The translations under genes and the position numbers were made by a program. Shown here in pieces: positions 60,406-64,000 of a DNA stretch of 64,000 nucleotides. The stretch is from assembly GCF_964355755.1 (NCBI RefSeq), contig NC_092672.1:13950001-14014000 (forward strand). The letters are read 5' to 3'. Each line of letters starts with the position of its first letter. The first letter of the stretch is position 1. The stretch comes from Antedon mediterranea (Eukaryota; Animalia; Echinodermata). The notes beneath the pieces are model-generated. The model did no database searches, had not been told where the DNA came from, and was given only the letters and a program-made list of their open reading frames with translations.

Positions 60406-60507
60406 ATATTCTTTTACCGGCTAACTACATAACGTACAAATGATATAATGTAAAAATTCATTAGAAATACCGAAACCATTTTTCTAACTAAATGTGACAA
60501 CATTCAA

Positions 60508-60589
60508 GGTAGCGTGGCCGAGCGGTCTAAGGCGTTGGTTTTAGGCACCAGTCATTTCGATGGCGTGGGTTCGAATCCCACAGCTGCCA
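60508..60589 (+). tRNA. tRNA-Leu(TAG)
   Basis: Loop TTTAGGC; one acceptor-stem change. Confidence 0.8.
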
Positions 60590-60691
60590 ATATTCTTTTA
60601 CCGGCTAACTACATAACGTACAAATGATATAATGTAAAAATTCATTAGAAATACCGAAACATTTTTTCTAAATAAATGTGACAACATTCAA

Positions 60692-60773
60692 GGTAGCGTG
60701 GCCGAGCGGTCTAAGGCGCTGGTTAAAGGCACCAGTCATTTCAATGGCGTAGGTTCGAATCCCACCGCTGCCA
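60692..60773 (+). tRNA. tRNA-Leu(AAG), variant with U33->A
   Basis: Loop TAAAGGC; T-stem change. Confidence 0.65.
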
Positions 60774-60874
60774 ATATGGTTTTACCAGCTCAAACATAAC
60801 GTACAAATGATATAATGTAAAAATTCATTAGAAATACCGAAACCTTTTTTCTAACTAAATGTGACAACATTCAA

Positions 60875-60956
60875 GGTAGCATGGCCGAGCGGTCTAAGGC
60901 GCTGGTTTAAGGCACCAGTCATTTCGATGGCGTGGGTTCGAATCCCACCGCTGCCA
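60875..60956 (+). tRNA. tRNA-Leu(AAG)
   Basis: Loop TTAAGGC; one acceptor-stem change. Confidence 0.8.
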
Positions 60957-61058
60957 ATATTCTTTGACCGGCTAACTACATAACGTACAAATGATATAAT
61001 GTAAAAATTCATTAGAAATACCGAAATATTTTTTCTAAATAAATGTGACAACATTCAA

Positions 61059-61140
61059 GGTAGCGTGGCCGAGCGGTCTAAGGCGCTGGCTTAAGGCACC
61101 AGTCATTTCGATGGCGTGTGTTCGAATCCCACCGCTGCCA
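61059..61140 (+). tRNA. tRNA-Leu(AAG), variant
   Basis: Same variants as 60324-60405. Confidence 0.7.
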
Positions 61141-61242
61141 ATATTCTTTTACCGGCTAACTACATAACGTAAAAATGATATAATGTAAAAATTCATTAGA
61201 AATACCGAAACCATTTTTCTAACTAAATTTGCCAACATTTAA

Positions 61243-61324
61243 GGTAGCGTGGACGAGCGGTCTAAGGCGCTGGTTTTAGGGACCAGTCATTTCGATGGCG
61301 TGGGTTCGAATCCCACCGCTGCCA
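61243..61324 (+). tRNA. tRNA-Leu(TAG), variant
   Basis: Loop TTTAGGG; D-stem change. Confidence 0.75.
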
Positions 61325-61426
61325 ATATTCTTTTACCGGCTCACTACATAACGTACAAATGATATAATGTCAAAAATCATGAGAATTACCGAAACCATTT
61401 TTCTAACTAAATTTACCAACATTTAA

Positions 61427-61508
61427 GGTAGCGTGGCCGAGCGGTCAAAGGCGTTGGTTTTAGGCACCAGTCATTTCGATGGCGTGGGTTCGAATCCCAC
61501 CGCTGCCA
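61427..61508 (+). tRNA. tRNA-Leu(TAG)
   Basis: Loop TTTAGGC. Confidence 0.85.
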
Positions 61509-61610
61509 ATATTCTTTTACCGGCTAACTACATAACGTACAAATGATATAATGTAAAAATTCATTAGAAATACCGTAACCTTTTTTCTAAATAAATGTGA
61601 CAACATTCGA

Positions 61611-61692
61611 GGTAGCGTGGCCGAGCGGTCTAAGGCGCTGGTTTAAGACACCAGTCATTTCGATGGCGTGGGTTCGAATCCCACCGCTGCCA
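61611..61692 (+). tRNA. tRNA-Leu(AAG)
   Basis: Loop TTAAGAC. Confidence 0.8.
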
Positions 61693-61794
61693 ATTTGGTT
61701 TTACCGGCTAACTACATAACGTACAAATGATATAATGTAAAAATTCATTAGAAATACCGAAACCATTTTTCTAACTAAATTTACCAACATTTAA

Positions 61795-61876
61795 GGTAGC
61801 GTGGCCGAGCGGTCTAAGGCGCTGGTTTTAGGGACCAGTCATTTCGATGGCGTGGGTTCGAATCCCACCGCTGCCA
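61795..61876 (+). tRNA. tRNA-Leu(TAG)
   Basis: Loop TTTAGGG. Confidence 0.82.
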
Positions 61877-61978
61877 ATATTCTTTTACCGGCTCACTACA
61901 TAACGTACAAATAATATAATGTAAAAAATCATGAGAATTACCGAAACCATTTTTCTAACTAAATTTACCAACATTTAA

Positions 61979-62060
61979 GGTAGCGTGGCCGAGCGGTCAA
62001 AGGCGTTGGTTTTAGGCACCAGTCATTTCGATGGCGTGGGTTCGAATCCCACCGCTGCCA
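61979..62060 (+). tRNA. tRNA-Leu(TAG)
   Basis: Loop TTTAGGC. Confidence 0.85.
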
Positions 62061-62162
62061 ATATTCTTTTACCGGCTAACTACATAACGTACAAATGATA
62101 TAATGTAAAAATTCATTAGAAATACCGTAACCTTTTTTCTAAATAAATGTGACAACATTCGA

Positions 62163-62244
62163 GGTAGCGTGGCCGAGCGGTCTAAGGCGCTGGTTTTAGG
62201 CACCAGTCATTTCGATGGCGTGGGTTCGAATCCCACCGCTGCCA
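62163..62244 (+). tRNA. tRNA-Leu(TAG)
   Basis: Consensus body, loop TTTAGGC. Confidence 0.92.
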
Positions 62245-62346
62245 ATTTGGTTTTACCGGCTAACTACATAACGTACAAATGATATAATGTAAAAATTCAT
62301 TAGAAATACCGAAACCTTTTTTCTAAATAAATGTGACAACATTCAA

Positions 62347-62428
62347 GGTAGCGTGGCCGAGCGGTCTAAGGCGTTGGTTTTAGGCACCAGTCATTTCGAT
62401 GGCGTGGGTTCGAATCCCACCGCTGCCA
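62347..62428 (+). tRNA. tRNA-Leu(TAG)
   Basis: Loop TTTAGGC. Confidence 0.88.
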
Positions 62429-62530
62429 ATATTCTTTTACCGGCTAACTTCATAACGTACAAATGATATAATGTAAAAATTCATTAGAAATACCGAAACC
62501 TTTTTTCTAAATAAATCTGACAACATTCAA

Positions 62531-62612
62531 GGTAACGTGGCCGAGCGGTCTAAGCCGCTGGTTTAAGGTACCAGTCATTTCGATGGCGTGGGTTCGAATC
62601 CCACCGCTGCCA
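62531..62612 (+). tRNA. tRNA-Leu(AAG), variant
   Basis: Loop TTAAGGT; acceptor- and D-stem changes. Confidence 0.7.
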
Positions 62613-62714
62613 ATAGGGTTTTACCGGCTCAAAACATAACGTACAAATGATATAATGTAAAAATTCATTAGAAATACCGAAACCTTTTTTCTAAATAAAT
62701 GTGACAACATTCAA

Positions 62715-62796
62715 GGTAGCGTGGCCGAGCGGTTTAAGGCGTTGGTTTTAGGCACCAGTCATTTCGATGGCGTGGGTTCGAATCCCACCGCTGCCA
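62715..62796 (+). tRNA. tRNA-Leu(TAG)
   Basis: Loop TTTAGGC. Confidence 0.88.
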
Positions 62797-62898
62797 ATAT
62801 TCTTTTACCGGCTAACTTCATAACGTACAAATGATATAATGTAAAAATTCATTAGAAATACCGAAACCTTTTTTCTAAATAAATGTGACAACATTCAA

Positions 62899-62980
62899 GG
62901 TAACGTGGCCGAGCGGTCTAAGGCGCTGGTTTAAGGTACCAGTCATTTCGATGGCGTGGGTTCGAATCCCACCGCTGCCA
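62899..62980 (+). tRNA. tRNA-Leu(AAG), variant
   Basis: Loop TTAAGGT; acceptor-stem change. Confidence 0.78.
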
Positions 62981-63082
62981 ATAGGGTTTTACCGGCTCAA
63001 AACATAACGTACAAATGATATAATGTAAAAATTCATTAGAAATACCGAAACCTTTTTTCTAAATAAATGTGACAACATTCAA

Positions 63083-63164
63083 GGTAGCGTGGCCGAGCGG
63101 TTTAAGGCGTTGGTTTTAGGCACCAGTCATTTCGATGGCGTGGGTTCGAATCCCACCGCTGCCA
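63083..63164 (+). tRNA. tRNA-Leu(TAG)
   Basis: Loop TTTAGGC. Confidence 0.88.
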
Positions 63165-63266
63165 ATATTCTTTTACCGGCTAACTACATAACGTACAAAT
63201 GATATAATGTAAAAATTCATTAGAAATACCGAAACCTTTTTTCTAAATAAATGTGACAACATTCAA

Positions 63267-63348
63267 GGTAGCGTGGCCGAGCGGTCTAAGGCGCTGGTTT
63301 AAGGCACCAGTCGTTTCAATGGCGTAGGTTCGAATCCCACCGCTGCCA
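63267..63348 (+). tRNA. tRNA-Leu(AAG), variant
   Basis: Loop TTAAGGC; variable-arm and T-stem changes. Confidence 0.72.
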
Positions 63349-63450
63349 ATATGGTTTTACCAGCTCAAAACATAACGTACAAATGATATAATGTAAAAAT
63401 TCATTAGAAATACCGAAACCTTTTTTCTAAATAAATGTGACAACATGCAA

Positions 63451-63514
63451 GGTAGCGTGGCCGAGCGGTCTAAGGCGCTGGTTTAAGGCGTAGGTTCGAA
63501 TCCCACCGCTGCCA
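63451..63514 (+). pseudogene. tRNA-Leu(AAG) pseudogene with an 18-nt deletion
   Basis: TTTAAGGC joined directly to GTAGGTTCG; 3' anticodon stem and variable arm lost. Confidence 0.85.
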
Positions 63515-63584
63515 ATATGGTTTTACCAGCTCAAAACATAACGTACAAATGATATAATGTAAAAATTCATTAGAAATACCGAAA

Positions 63585-63894
63585 TAATAATAATAATAAT
63601 ACCACATTTATATAGCGCCCTTTTCATGAGTAATCATGCTCAAAGGCGCTTTACAAGGATTATTACCCCAGTATTTTTTGGGATCAAACACGTATGGAAA
63701 CATACTCCCATAATGCAGCCGGTAACCAGCGCAAAGTTGTGTCTAGATCTAACTGGGTACCCATTTATACACCTGGGTGGAGAGAGGCAACGTAAGTAAA
63801 GTATCTTGCCTACGGATACAAGCAATGCGGCGAGAGTTGGATTCGAACCTAGGTCTGACGATCGGTAGTCCAACGTCCAACACACTGCGCCACA
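63585..63894 (-). mobile_element. tRNA-derived SINE with an L2-like 3' end, inserted in an array spacer
   Basis: Minus strand: A box TGGCGCAGTGTG, B box GGTTCGAATCC, central GGCAAGATACTT..CTCTCCACCCAGGTGTATAAATGGGTACC, tail AAAGCGCCTTTGAG..GGGCGCTATATAAAT plus (ATT)n; CGAAA duplicated at 63580-63584 and 63895-63899. Confidence 0.88.
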
Positions 63895-63931
63895 CGAAAC
63901 CTTTTTTCTAAATAAATGTGACAACATGCAA

Positions 63932-64000
63932 GGTAGCGTGGCCGAGCGGTTTTAGGCAGCAGTCATTTCGATGGCGTGGGTTCGAATCCCACCGCTGCCA
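63932..64000 (+). pseudogene. tRNA-Leu(TAG) pseudogene with a 13-nt deletion
   Basis: GAGCGGT joined to TTTAGGC; D-arm 3' half and 5' anticodon stem lost. Confidence 0.85.

Larger units (their letters stand above)
59064..64000 (+). repeat. Tandem tRNA-Leu gene array, 184-bp period, continuing past the window end
   Basis: 82-nt tRNA plus ~102-nt AT-rich spacer; 23 full-length copies (12 TAG, 11 AAG), two internally deleted, one 5'-truncated (59065-59123). Confidence 0.97.

Noticed and set aside
60851-61054. 67-aa ORF, and similarly 63640-63927
   Set aside because: Antisense translation of tRNA array units or the SINE.
59064-64000. Repeat-spacer periodicity resembling a CRISPR array
   Set aside because: The repeats are tRNA-Leu genes, the spacers are near-identical rather than unique, the context is eukaryotic and there are no cas genes.

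Overview
AT-rich, intron-rich animal genomic DNA, probably from an invertebrate; the taxon cannot be fixed from sequence alone. I reconstructed three spliced protein genes by hand, all with GT-AG junctions and consistent phases. (1) An anoctamin-7-like (TMEM16) gene on +, lacking its 5' end (409-18233). (2) A complete vigilin/HDLBP gene on - (23746-36387, 21 coding exons, about 1257 aa), tail-to-tail with the anoctamin, which is the arrangement I recall for human ANO7-HDLBP. (3) An arylsulfatase B/I/J-like gene on + (47976-55880). The window ends in a 184-bp-period tandem array of tRNA-Leu genes mixing AAG and TAG anticodons. Introns and intergenic DNA carry many mobile-element relics: CR1/L2-type LINEs, SINEs, Mutator-, Harbinger-, Kolobok-, Tc1/pogo- and foldback-like MITEs, a Helentron-like element, and a Penelope-like end with a hammerhead motif. 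The most unusual items are a 2.2-kb minisatellite built from an anoctamin exon end plus its 5' splice site, the mixed-anticodon tRNA array, and a duplicated tRNA-like gene with an ATC anticodon. All coordinates and counts were read manually; no searches were run.
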